Assembly (NCBI GenBank): GCA_963793305.1 | Contig: CAWBZV010000002.1 | Span: 1-64,000 of the forward strand | Reading direction: 5' to 3' | Source: an uncultured Gemmatimonadales bacterium | Lineage (GTDB): Bacteria; Gemmatimonadota; Gemmatimonadetes; Gemmatimonadales; Gemmatimonadaceae | Length of the DNA: 64,000 bases | In this document: positions 11,130 to 20,579 of the stretch, piece by piece | How the letters are laid out: the number at the start of each line of letters is the position of its first letter | Position numbering within the stretch: the stretch's first letter is position 1 | Notes under the pieces: generated by a model | Told to the model about the DNA's origin: nothing | What the model saw: the letters and a program-made list of their open reading frames with translations, nothing else | Databases searched by the model: none | Position numbers and translations under genes: made by a program

Positions 11130-12518
11130 CCACGACCGAACGGGTGCTCGCCTACCTCCAGGCGAACCATGATCGCATCCTCGGCGAGCTGATCGAGTTC
11201 GCCGCCATCCCGAGCGTGAGCACCGATCCGGTGCACGCCGCTGATGTGAGAGCGGCGGCGCTGTGGGTCGCCGACGCCCTTGCGTCTGCCGGACCGTTCG
11301 CGGTGCGCACGATTCCGACGGCCGGCAACCCCGTCGTTTACGCCGAGTGGCTCGGCGCGCCTGGCAAGCTGACGGTGCTCGTGTACGGACACTATGACGT
11401 TCCAGCCGGCCGACCCGTTGGAGCAATGGCAGAGTCCACCGTGGACGCCGGTGGTGCGCAACGGGCGACTCTACGCGCGCGGCGTATCCGACGACAAGGC
11501 GCCGATGCTGATCCCGATCAGGGTTGCCGAGGCGTTCTTCGCGGTGACCGGTGGCCTGCCGATCAATGTCAAATGCCTGTTCGAGGGCGAAGAAGAGATC
11601 GGGAGCCCCAGTCTCGACGCATTCATTCGGGAGAATAAAGAATTACTGGCCGCCAACGTCGTGCTGTCGGCGGACGGCGCGATGTGGCGCATCGATGAGC
11701 CGTCGCTCACGGTGGCCAGTCGAGGACTCGTGGGACTCGAGATCACCCTGACGGGCGCGTCCAAGGATCTGCACTCTGGCCGCCACGGGGGTGGCGTCGC
11801 CAACCCGTTGCATGCGATGGCGCGGCTGATCGCTTCGCTACATGACGCGGCCGGCCGGGTCGCCGTTGCCGGCTTCTATGATAGGGTGCACGAGCTCACG
11901 TCCATGGATCGCGCCGCGATCGCGGCCCTGCCATTCGACGAAGGCGCGTACCTCGCGCAGGTCGGTGCGCCATCGCCGTTCGGCGAGCCCGGATACACGA
12001 CACTGGAGCGCCAGTGGACGCGGCCGACGATCGAGATCAACGGAATGTGGGGAGGGTATGCGGGGCCGGGGCAGAAGACGGTGATCCCGAGCCAGGCCCA
12101 CGCCAAGATCACCTGCCGTTTGGTACCGGACCAGGATCCGGATGACGTGATAGCGCTCGTCACGCGCCACCTCGAAGCCCACGTTCCGCCCGGGACTTGG
12201 ATTTCGATCGTTCCCGGCGAGGGAGGCTCGCGCCCGGCCCACATTCGAGCCGACCATTTCGCGTTGCAGGCGGCGGACGCGGCGCTGCGCGCGGTCTACG
12301 GCGTGCGGCCGTTGATCGTCCGCATGGGCGGCACCGTTCCGATCGCCGAGCTGTTCGCGTGTCACATGGGGCTGGAGACCGTCTTCTTCTCCTTCTCCAC
12401 GGCTGACGAAGACTTTCACGCGCCGAACGAGTTCTTTCGCATACACCGACTGCACGAGGGGCTCGAAGCGTGGGCGCGATACTGGGAGATGCTGGGGTCG
12501 CCAGCGGCAGAGCGGTAA
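11126..12518 (+). CDS. M20 family dipeptidase/amidohydrolase, one frameshift near 11400
   Basis: IPSVS, YGHYDV(QP), ARGVSDDK, EGEEEIGS, DLHSG, HAPNE. Confidence 0.9.
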
Positions 12519-12527
12519 GCAGCCGTC

Positions 12528-12565
12528 CATGTCAGAAACGTGCCGCCTCATGTCACGAATGTGCC
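12528..12565 (+). promoter_or_regulatory. Imperfect 17-bp direct repeat with 21-bp period; candidate transcription-factor site
   Basis: catgtcagaaacgtgcc (12528) and catgtcacgaatgtgcc (12549), upstream of the CDS at 12599. Confidence 0.45.
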
Positions 12566-12598
12566 CTGTCGTGACCCACCCTTCCTTCCGAACTTTGC

Positions 12599-13498
12599 AT
12601 GATGACCGCCCGCCTCATCATCGCGCTCTCCGCCGCTCTCTGGGTTGGTGCGCCACGCGCGCTGGCCGCGCAACTCGCGGTGGCAACGCACGGCGTCAAT
12701 CTCCGACCGAACCACTCGAGCCACGATGCGCCGCTGCGTGCGATCGATGAAGGTGACACGCTCGCCCTCGTCGCGCCCGACACGACGAACGGGTACCTCC
12801 ACGTTCGCGTCAGAGCCGATGGCACCGAGGGCTGGGTCTACAATCACTACGTCGAGATTGTCGGTGCGTCGAACCCCGCCGTCTCAGGTCCCCCGACGCC
12901 TGCGGGCGCGACCGCCACGGTGACGACCGCTCCGGCGAACTACCACGGGTGTCCGGCTGTCGGCCGGAACAATTCCGGGAACACGCCGGCCGAATCGGTA
13001 CAAGCGCTCAATCGGTTGAAGAATCGCTATGTCGCGCCAACCGCGTCCGACATCGATCCGGCGATCACTTTGGAGGCGCTCCTGGCTCCCGGCAATGACG
13101 AAGGGCGCTTCGACCCGAGTAAGGGCGCGGAGCTCGTAGGGGTGGTGACGGACGTCATCGTCGGTGGCAAAGAGACGACCAACTGCGAAGCGACCGATCC
13201 CACGTACCGTGACACCCACATTCGGATCGCGCGTACGGCTGACGCGCCGGAAACCCAGCGCGTCGTGATCGAAGTGACGCCACGGTGGCGTCAGGCAATG
13301 GCCGGCGCGGGCGTCGATTGGAGTACCGACGCGCTGAAGCAGACGCTCGTGGGGAAGACGGTGCGCGTGAGCGGGTGGATGCTGTTCGACGCGGAGCACG
13401 TGGGTGAATCCGAGAATACCAAACCCGATAATCCGAAGAACTGGCGTGCGACCGCTTGGGAAATCCATCCCATCACCGTGCTCGAGGTACAGCCGTAG
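12599..13498 (+). CDS. Secreted protein with an N-terminal bacterial SH3-like domain and an uncharacterised C-terminal domain
   Basis: Signal peptide; VNLRP..GD...GYLHV...EGWVY SH3b pattern; Pro/Thr linker; DTHI, EVTP, FDAEH, WEIHP motifs. Confidence 0.7.
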   Translation: MMTARLIIALSAALWVGAPRALAAQLAVATHGVNLRPNHSSHDAPLRAIDEGDTLALVAPDTTNGYLHVRVRADGTEGWVYNHYVEIVGASNPAVSGPPTPAGATATVTTAPANYHGCPAVGRNNSGNTPAESVQALNRLKNRYVAPTASDIDPAITLEALLAPGNDEGRFDPSKGAELVGVVTDVIVGGKETTNCEATDPTYRDTHIRIARTADAPETQRVVIEVTPRWRQAMAGAGVDWSTDALKQTLVGKTVRVSGWMLFDAEHVGESENTKPDNPKNWRATAWEIHPITVLEVQP

Positions 13499-13511
13499 CC
13501 GCGCTGGGCCA

Positions 13512-14759
13512 TTACAGCGCCTCGATGTACGCGACCTCGCCGTGCAGCGTCATGTCGAGCCCCTCGGTCTCCCCAGCCTGGCCAACGGTGACGGGTGTGA
13601 TGCGGTCGATCAGCCAGAGCATGCCGTACGTGAAGACGAACGCCCAGACCGACGAGATGAGCACGGCGCCCAGTTCCACGAGGAAGAAATGGCTGTTGCC
13701 GTGGCGCAGCCCGTCCGAACCGGCGGGGTTGAACGCCAAGCTGGCGAACAGGCCGCAGCTCACGATGCCGAGGAAGCCGCCGACACCATGCACGCCCCAC
13801 ACATCGAGCGCATCATCCCATTGGAGGCGGTTCTTGAGCGCCACGGCGTAGAAGCAGACGATCCCGGCGAGGATGCCGATGATGACGGCGGCCTTGGGCG
13901 ACACATACCCAGCGGCTGGCGTGATCGTCGCCAGTCCGGCGACCGACCCGGTGAGTAATCCCAAGAACTTGGGCTTCTTGGTGGTCATCCAGTCCACCGC
14001 CAACCAGGTCATCGCCGCGAAGCTCGCGGCGAGATCGGTGTTAATGAAGGCGACGGCGGTCACGGAGTCGACACGGAACTCGCTGCCGGCGTTGAACCCG
14101 TACCAACCGAACCAGAGAAGGCCGGTGCCGAGCGCGACCAGCGGAATCGAGTGCGGCCCACGATCCACGACCTTCCGGCGTCCGACGTAGAGCACGGATG
14201 CGAGCGCGGCGATGCCCGCGATATTGTGCACGACGATGCCGCCCGCGAAATCGAGCACCCCCCACTTGGCCATGATCCCGCCGCCCCAGATCATGTGCAC
14301 GAATGGGAAATAGACGAGGATCAGCCACGCCGTGAGGAAGAGCAGGTACGCCGGGAAGCGCACGCGGTTGGCGAACGCACCAGTGATCAGTGCCGGCGTG
14401 ATGATGGCGAACATCATCTGATAACCGAAGAACACGAACAACGGAATCGTGTCGTTTGCCGGCGACGGGGTGGTCAGCGAGATGCCGTTCAGGAACGCCC
14501 AGTGGAAGTTGCCAATGAGCCCGAAGTAGTCGGTGCCGCTTTTGAGATCGCCGCTGAAGCACATCGAGAAGCCGAATGCCCACCATAGCACGGTCGTCCA
14601 ACCCATCGACGTGAAGCTCTGCATCATGATCGCCAGGACGTTCTTCCGGCCGACGAGCCCCCCGTAGAAGAAGGCCAGACCGGGCGTCATGAGCATGACG
14701 AGGCTCGAGCAGAGGAGCATGAAGCCGGTGTTCCCCGTATCGAGCGTCAGGTGCGGCAT
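13512..14759 (-). CDS. amtB: Ammonium transporter
   Basis: LMTPGLAFFYGG, DFAGGIVVH, WFGWYGFNAGS, DDALDVWGVHG; both pore His residues present. Confidence 0.97.
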   Translation of the reverse strand: MPHLTLDTGNTGFMLLCSSLVMLMTPGLAFFYGGLVGRKNVLAIMMQSFTSMGWTTVLWWAFGFSMCFSGDLKSGTDYFGLIGNFHWAFLNGISLTTPSPANDTIPLFVFFGYQMMFAIITPALITGAFANRVRFPAYLLFLTAWLILVYFPFVHMIWGGGIMAKWGVLDFAGGIVVHNIAGIAALASVLYVGRRKVVDRGPHSIPLVALGTGLLWFGWYGFNAGSEFRVDSVTAVAFINTDLAASFAAMTWLAVDWMTTKKPKFLGLLTGSVAGLATITPAAGYVSPKAAVIIGILAGIVCFYAVALKNRLQWDDALDVWGVHGVGGFLGIVSCGLFASLAFNPAGSDGLRHGNSHFFLVELGAVLISSVWAFVFTYGMLWLIDRITPVTVGQAGETEGLDMTLHGEVAYIEAL

Positions 14760-14878
14760 GTGAGTGTCTCCTCAAAGAGGCGGACAAGCGTCTGCTTGGG
14801 CGCGCTCATCTTATCCCGCGGTCATGGTCCTGGCAAGAACGTGATGGCGACCGAACATGGGCCGGCGTATCTTGGGCC

Positions 14879-16366
14879 ATGACGCAACGCGCGTTTCTGC
14901 TCACTCTCGTCTTGGTTGCCAGCGCGGCCGAACGATCCGTCGCCCAAGTGTCCGCCGCTCGTCTCGATTCGGTCGTCCGGCGCGTCGTCGCCCGCGAGCG
15001 CGTCGTCGGCGCATCGGTGCTGGTCGCGCGAAACGGCACCGTGATCCTGCATCGAGGATACGGACTGGCCGATCTCGGCCTCGCCGTGCCAGCGCACGAT
15101 GAGACCGTTTACCATATCGTCGGGCCAATGCTCCCGTTTACCGGGATCGCCGTGCTCCAGCAAGTCGAGCAGGGTCGGCTATCGCTCGACGATGACATCT
15201 CGAAGTACGTACCGGAATTCCCAATGCAGGGGCACCACGTCACGATCCGTCAATTGCTCAACCACACGTCGGGCATTGTCGATTATCACTACTTGGGTGA
15301 CCCGATCGAGGCGACCAGCCGCCTGCCCAAGGCGCTGGACGAGGTAGTGGCCCTCTACGCCGGCAAGAAATGGGTGAACGAGCCGGGCGTGAAATGGGAT
15401 TGGTCGATCTCGGGATTTTCGCTCTTGGTGACGATTGTCGAACGCGTGACCGGCCAGTCGTTCGCGGACTACGTGCGGGAAAAGATCCTCATACCAGCCG
15501 GCGTCCGATCGACGACCTACTGCGACGACGAGACCATCGTGCGCGGCCTGGCGCACCCGTATCGGAAACACGGGCTTTTTTACGCGCCGGCGAACGAGAC
15601 CGACATGGCATACAACGCGGACCTCCGCTTCTGCAGCACGGTCGGCGATCTCTACACGCTATGGTCCGCGATCCGCGATAAGGGGCTCATCCGACCGGAG
15701 TCGTTCGCCCAGATGACCACGGCGGAAGGCGCTGCGGCGCACATGTCGCCGGACGACCCGCGGGCCCAGTATGGGTTCGCCGTGATGCTCAATCACGAGG
15801 ACGATCACCGGCGCATCGGCCAGCACGGTTCGCTCCTCGGCTACAGCGGGAGTCTGTACGACTTTCCGGACGACCATCTGACGATCGTCGTCCTGACGAA
15901 CACCGAGGACCAGAACGCGTATGCGATCACGCGCGCGGTGGCTCGTGCCGCGCTCGGTCTTCCCGCGCTCGCGCCGTCGAGCGTGTCTCCGGTCGTGCCG
16001 CCCGTGCAAGATCTTCCGGTCGACAGCGCGGAGCGCCGGCGGCTCTCGGGGACGTTCGTTCTCCAGCTCGACCGACTGACCCCTGGACTGCACGACTCAT
16101 TTGCCCAGTATCGCCGGACCTATCGCGTGTTCGACGAGAATGGCCGGTTGATGATCGAGCCGCTCGGCGAATCGCCGCGGCGGCTCCTCAAGCAGGCCGA
16201 TGGCCGCTTCGCGACGCGATCGGCGCCGAGTGACCGCATTTCGTTCACGGTGTCCGATGATCGCGTGACCGGCATGCGCATGGACTCCCGTTCGTACGGC
16301 GTCCCGCTCTCCGGCGACCGCGTGGGCGATGGCGATCCCCACACGTTTCACAACCAACTCCACTAA
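14879..16366 (+). CDS. Secreted beta-lactamase-fold 'serine hydrolase' homolog lacking the SxxK and YxN motifs
   Basis: GYGLAD, LSLDDDISKY, TIRQLLNHTSG scaffold; the catalytic positions read IVGPML and WSI. Confidence 0.8.
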   Translation: MTQRAFLLTLVLVASAAERSVAQVSAARLDSVVRRVVARERVVGASVLVARNGTVILHRGYGLADLGLAVPAHDETVYHIVGPMLPFTGIAVLQQVEQGRLSLDDDISKYVPEFPMQGHHVTIRQLLNHTSGIVDYHYLGDPIEATSRLPKALDEVVALYAGKKWVNEPGVKWDWSISGFSLLVTIVERVTGQSFADYVREKILIPAGVRSTTYCDDETIVRGLAHPYRKHGLFYAPANETDMAYNADLRFCSTVGDLYTLWSAIRDKGLIRPESFAQMTTAEGAAAHMSPDDPRAQYGFAVMLNHEDDHRRIGQHGSLLGYSGSLYDFPDDHLTIVVLTNTEDQNAYAITRAVARAALGLPALAPSSVSPVVPPVQDLPVDSAERRRLSGTFVLQLDRLTPGLHDSFAQYRRTYRVFDENGRLMIEPLGESPRRLLKQADGRFATRSAPSDRISFTVSDDRVTGMRMDSRSYGVPLSGDRVGDGDPHTFHNQLH

Positions 16367-16680
16367 GGCCCCGGCAGCAAAGTTGCTTCAAGCGCCAGGA
16401 GCACTGTGTCGCGCAGTGCGTGGTATTCGCTCTCGGCACCGCCGCCGTCCGGTGTCCCGAGCCGGACGGTCAGGAGGAACGGCCCCGGCTCTTCATAGCG
16501 ATACACACGGACAAAGACGTTCGCTGCTTGCCCCCACACGCGAATCTTGTCCCACTCGGAATCGCCAGTCTGCCATTTCAATGCTGGCAGCGCTTTCCGG
16601 AGTTTCCGGCAGATGTCGTCTTCGTCTTCCAGGCGAATCGAAATCCGACATTCAAACTCGCGTTCTCTTATCTCAGCCAT
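16363..16680 (-). CDS. Hypothetical protein
   Basis: Plausible composition; coupled to the upstream ORF. Confidence 0.55.
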   Translation of the reverse strand: MAEIREREFECRISIRLEDEDDICRKLRKALPALKWQTGDSEWDKIRVWGQAANVFVRVYRYEEPGPFLLTVRLGTPDGGGAESEYHALRDTVLLALEATLLPGP

Positions 16681-17171
16681 TCGAAAAATGCCGTATGGGC
16701 CGGACGAATTTCGCCAGCGACGACTCCGTTGTTCCCGATCCAAAAGCGATAGGACTCTCGTGCCCCCTCGTTCGGCGCGTCGGCGAATTCTGCGAACACT
16801 TTCTTGGATTCATCGAAGAGGTGAACCTCGTCCGGACGGAGTGGTCGCACACTCTGCGTGCCGGCGATTCGTGGGTTTTGGGCCAGTCGCTCGAATTTCA
16901 CATTGCCATCATGGGGTGTGAAGACGAAGCGAGCCCAGGGGACCGTCGTCAATTCACCGTCCGTCAGCGTCCTGTGCGTTCTGCCAGCGGCGAAGGCATA
17001 GTAGAACAACTGACCGTTTCGAGGAAACGGCCACGCCGCGGGAAAGCCGGGTGTCAGTCGACAGTCCCACAGAACAAAGGCCTCTGGGCCGGGGACGCTG
17101 GCGGGTTCCAGCTGGCGCTTTGTGGAGGGCCATTCTGCTTTCAGTAGTTCGTCGATCCTCGTCGCGCGCAT
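16668..17171 (-). CDS. Hypothetical protein
   Basis: GGAGAGGA RBS; aromatic-rich globular sequence. Confidence 0.6.
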   Translation of the reverse strand: MRATRIDELLKAEWPSTKRQLEPASVPGPEAFVLWDCRLTPGFPAAWPFPRNGQLFYYAFAAGRTHRTLTDGELTTVPWARFVFTPHDGNVKFERLAQNPRIAGTQSVRPLRPDEVHLFDESKKVFAEFADAPNEGARESYRFWIGNNGVVAGEIRPAHTAFFEWLR

Positions 17172-18589
17172 GCTTGTCCTCTCCTGGCGAGTTCGTTCGC
17201 CATGTTTTCAAACACGTCACCCCACTCTCCCGGTCGCGTCTGGCGAAAAAGCCGCATCGTCGGATACCAAGGACTGTCCTCGCGGTGCCGCATCCAGCGC
17301 CACTCGGACGAGAATGGCAGCGCGACCCACACCGGCAGCCCGAGGCCACCGGCCAGATGCGCCACCGCGGTGTCCACGGTGATGATCAGGTCGAGGTTCA
17401 TCATCACCGACGCAGTGTCCATGAAGTCGCCCAGAGCGGCGGGATAGACGCTTCCTCCCTCGTAGCCTTTTTGTAAGCTGACAAGGCGAACGCCGGGAAT
17501 GCGACTCAGTGACAGGAAACGGTCGAGCGGTATCGATCGCTGGTGATCGTTGGGGTGGCGAGGGTTGCCCCGCCACGCGATGCCGATGTTGAAGCCAGGT
17601 ACCGCTCTCAGCTCCCGCCGGCGAGCCGCCACGAGCTCCCGATCCGCGAAGAGGTACGGAACGTCCGCGGGGACATTCGTCGGGGAGGTTCCGAAGACCC
17701 GGGGGAGGCTCATGAGTCCGGCGTGAACGCGGACCGGCGGCAACGCCTCGCCATCGGTGACGACCTGCTCGACGCCAGGGCTGGTGGCCAGGAGGCGGGA
17801 CAGCTCGGGCGGGCTGGAGACGATCACGCGACCGCCGATGTCTCTCACCAGCGAGGCATACCGAATGAACTGCAGCGCATCGCCGAATCCTTGCTCGGCG
17901 TGGAGCACAATCGGCTCTCCGTCGAGCCGTGCGCCGTCCCATTCGGGCGCGGGAATCGGGCGGAACCCCGGGACCTGCCACCGCCATTCGTACTCGCGCC
18001 ACCCGCGGGCGAAGTCGCCTTCGAGCAGCCAGATCTGCGCTCGATTGCAGTGGGCCTGCGCAAAGTCCGGCTGGTGTTCGATCGCTCGATCGAAGCAGTG
18101 CCGGCACTCATCGATCCTGGCCTGCCGCTCGAGGACAATGCCCAGATTGTTGTGCGCCTCGGCGAAGACCGGATTGAGACGCAGCGCCGTTTGGTGGCTG
18201 GCCACCGCGTCTTCGTAGTTGCCCTGCTCGACAGCGATCAACCCCAGATTCGTATGCGCTTCTGGCCAATCGGGATTCGAGCGCAAGGCCCGGCGATAAC
18301 TGGATTCCGCATCATCCCAGCAGCCAAGTTCCCGCAGGGCGTTTCCGAGGTTGTAGTTGGCATCGGCCAAATCCGGATTGATGGCGAGCGCCTGGCGGTA
18401 GCGATCCACCGCGTCGGTAAGCTCGCCTTGCTCGGCCCACGCCATGCCGAGGTTGCTCTGGCATTCGGCGAAATCGGGCCGAAGTCGGAGGCACTGCTCG
18501 TAGCAGAGAACGGCTTCGGCGAAACGTCCCTGCATCATCAGGGCGTTGCCCCACGCGAAAGAGTGGTCCGGGTCGCTGCCGTCTTCCAC
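17141..18589 (-). CDS. TPR-repeat protein with a C-terminal glycosyltransferase family 9-like domain
   Basis: About six TPRs; GWREYEWRW, EQGFGDALQF, DLIITVDTAVAHLAG, SPWYPTMRLFRQ. Confidence 0.9.
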   Translation of the reverse strand: MEDGSDPDHSFAWGNALMMQGRFAEAVLCYEQCLRLRPDFAECQSNLGMAWAEQGELTDAVDRYRQALAINPDLADANYNLGNALRELGCWDDAESSYRRALRSNPDWPEAHTNLGLIAVEQGNYEDAVASHQTALRLNPVFAEAHNNLGIVLERQARIDECRHCFDRAIEHQPDFAQAHCNRAQIWLLEGDFARGWREYEWRWQVPGFRPIPAPEWDGARLDGEPIVLHAEQGFGDALQFIRYASLVRDIGGRVIVSSPPELSRLLATSPGVEQVVTDGEALPPVRVHAGLMSLPRVFGTSPTNVPADVPYLFADRELVAARRRELRAVPGFNIGIAWRGNPRHPNDHQRSIPLDRFLSLSRIPGVRLVSLQKGYEGGSVYPAALGDFMDTASVMMNLDLIITVDTAVAHLAGGLGLPVWVALPFSSEWRWMRHREDSPWYPTMRLFRQTRPGEWGDVFENMANELARRGQACARRGSTNY

Positions 18590-18590
18590 G

Positions 18591-19049
18591 CTAGGCGACG
18601 ATGTCGAGGAACCCGCCGCCAGCCGTCGCGATCGCCTGCATCAGATCTTTCGAACCATGCATGATGAACCCGGGTGATTTCCCGGCGAGCACGTTCGGCG
18701 CAGGCATGCGGGTGATGGTGATGGTGACGGCATTGCCCGGGCGGAAGGCCGAGAGCGAGTTGAGCGCCGGCGACTTCAGGAAATCGATCGTCACTTCGGC
18801 CAGCGCATTGCGTGCGGGTGAAGCCGAAAAATCGATCGTGACCGCGGCGGGTCGCACGACGGTCAGCACGGCGCACAGTCCCAGACGCGCATCGGTATGC
18901 GAAGGCGCAATGAGATATCGCCCAGCATGTGTCCCATGGGCACCTCCGGTCGGCAGCAGCACGGAGCTGTTTACAACCTTACCGCCCACCGTACCTGTGA
19001 GTCTGCCGGTACGAACATGGTATGTCAGATTGGCGTTGCCAGTCCCCAT
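18591..19049 (-). CDS. Hypothetical protein, degenerate Tlde1/DUF2778-like, with an internal VTIDF repeat
   Basis: GGAGG RBS; LTYHVRTGRL, AGRYLIAP and GFIMHG resemble DUF2778; no SxGC follows. Confidence 0.45.
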   Translation of the reverse strand: MGTGNANLTYHVRTGRLTGTVGGKVVNSSVLLPTGGAHGTHAGRYLIAPSHTDARLGLCAVLTVVRPAAVTIDFSASPARNALAEVTIDFLKSPALNSLSAFRPGNAVTITITRMPAPNVLAGKSPGFIMHGSKDLMQAIATAGGGFLDIVA

Positions 19050-19112
19050 AGAGCCTCCTGATAATGTAAGATCTGCCTCCGGCCTCACCTCGCCGATGGT
19101 GAGCCGGCACAC

Positions 19113-19775
19113 TTAGTGTACGAGCCATGGGCCGAACTCCCGGGACTCGGCAGTTTGATTGACGGTCGTCTTGATGCGCAGCACCTTCGCTGCGGAGATC
19201 GTCAACGTCACCGTAATGTCCAGCGTCGTACCCGTAACCGCGGGGATGGGAACGCGGACCTCGGCGATAGCCGCCGAACCCGTGGCGTCCTGTTGCGACA
19301 GCGTGATGGCGACCTCGCCGGCGGCGTTCGCGGCAGTCCTCGAGGTCTGGGAGCGAGTATGGGGAAGCTGTTGTCCGGCCGGGACTACCGGGGTGAGTAC
19401 GCCACCGGCCGCAGTGATTCCGATGGCTTTGAGAAGGGTGCTGCTGGACGCGGGCGCCAAAGACTCGGCGACCGATTCGGAGGATCGCTCCCACGCGTCG
19501 TGTTCGAGACGCAATCGGTCGGCCAATTGAAAGGCCTTTCGGTTCAATGCCTGGAATCGCTGATCATCGCCCAGGTCACTCTCGAGGATATTGAGCGAAC
19601 CCCTGCCGGCGTACAGCCGTAACAAATGCATCAGGCCATTGGGGTCTCTCCGCTCGATCGCGATCCGGCAATCATCGAGCACGTTCGCGAAGTCGTCCGT
19701 GTGGTGCGCTCGGAACAGGCTGGCCATTTCTTGCAGCACCAGGACCAACTCGGCCACGTCCGGGTCAAGAGGCAT
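19113..19775 (-). CDS. Chimeric protein: DUF6966-like N-terminus plus Hsp70 substrate-binding-domain-like C-terminus
   Basis: AGGAG RBS; LLRLYAGRGSLN; AIGITAAGGVLTPVVPAGQQLPHTRSQT resembles DnaK SLGIET.GGV.T.LI..NTT.P. Confidence 0.55.
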   Translation of the reverse strand: MPLDPDVAELVLVLQEMASLFRAHHTDDFANVLDDCRIAIERRDPNGLMHLLRLYAGRGSLNILESDLGDDQRFQALNRKAFQLADRLRLEHDAWERSSESVAESLAPASSSTLLKAIGITAAGGVLTPVVPAGQQLPHTRSQTSRTAANAAGEVAITLSQQDATGSAAIAEVRVPIPAVTGTTLDITVTLTISAAKVLRIKTTVNQTAESREFGPWLVH

Positions 19776-19788
19776 CGTGGCTCCTAAT

Positions 19789-20577
19789 ATGGCTAATCGC
19801 CGCGCGATAGCGCGATCCGTGCTCTTTTTCATGCTCCTGCCGGTGACGCTGGTCGCCATCGTCGGATCGCTCGCGCTCGCGATGATGGGATCGATCTCCG
19901 CACTCTGGGCCGTGTTGTTGGTGGCCGCGTTTTTTGGCGCGCTCACCTGGCTGATCACGATGAGAGTGCGCGGGAAGGTCACGCCAGACGCCCACGCTGA
20001 TCACTGGATCCACTGGCACTATCCGCCGGAGCAATGGAAGCAGTGGACCGAGCTGCAGTACGAGCGCATGAAAGCGTCGCCGGCCTACACGTTGGAGAGG
20101 ATAAAATGGCCAGGACTTCCCGCGGCCTTCGGTTTCATCGTCGTTGCCGCCGCGGGGGTCGTTGTGCTCAACGGCCCATGGCGTGAACGGGCGATCTTCG
20201 CGGTCTTTGTCCTTGTCGGAATATTCGTGAGTTTGGTCGCGGCCATCATATTGGGGCGGACGTTGCCAGCCACGAGACGGGCCCATCGCCTGGAGGTGAC
20301 GCCCGAAGCCATCGTCGGTCCCGACGGCGTGCTGTCCGACGGCGTGTACACGCCCTGGGCTGCGTCGACCATCTGGCTATCCGCCGCGTTTATGAACGAG
20401 AGCCCCCCGCGCAATCTCGTCTTCCGCTTCACCACAAAATTGGAGCAGATCGACCGGTGCGTGCTGATTCCCGCCGCTCCGGCCGTCGCGAGCGACATCG
20501 CGCGAGTGCAGCACGAACTCAGTCTCGCGTGCCCGAACGCCCGTATCGAGCTGTGCGACCCCTATCCAATGCAATAA
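19789..20577 (+). CDS. Hypothetical membrane protein (4 TM)
   Basis: Two hydrophobic hairpins; HWHYPPEQW motif. Confidence 0.65.
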   Translation: MANRRAIARSVLFFMLLPVTLVAIVGSLALAMMGSISALWAVLLVAAFFGALTWLITMRVRGKVTPDAHADHWIHWHYPPEQWKQWTELQYERMKASPAYTLERIKWPGLPAAFGFIVVAAAGVVVLNGPWRERAIFAVFVLVGIFVSLVAAIILGRTLPATRRAHRLEVTPEAIVGPDGVLSDGVYTPWAASTIWLSAAFMNESPPRNLVFRFTTKLEQIDRCVLIPAAPAVASDIARVQHELSLACPNARIELCDPYPMQ

Positions 20578-20579
20578 CG

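Noticed and set aside
13512..14759. amtB without an adjacent glnK
   Set aside because: Solo amt paralogs are common, and glnK may lie elsewhere in the genome.
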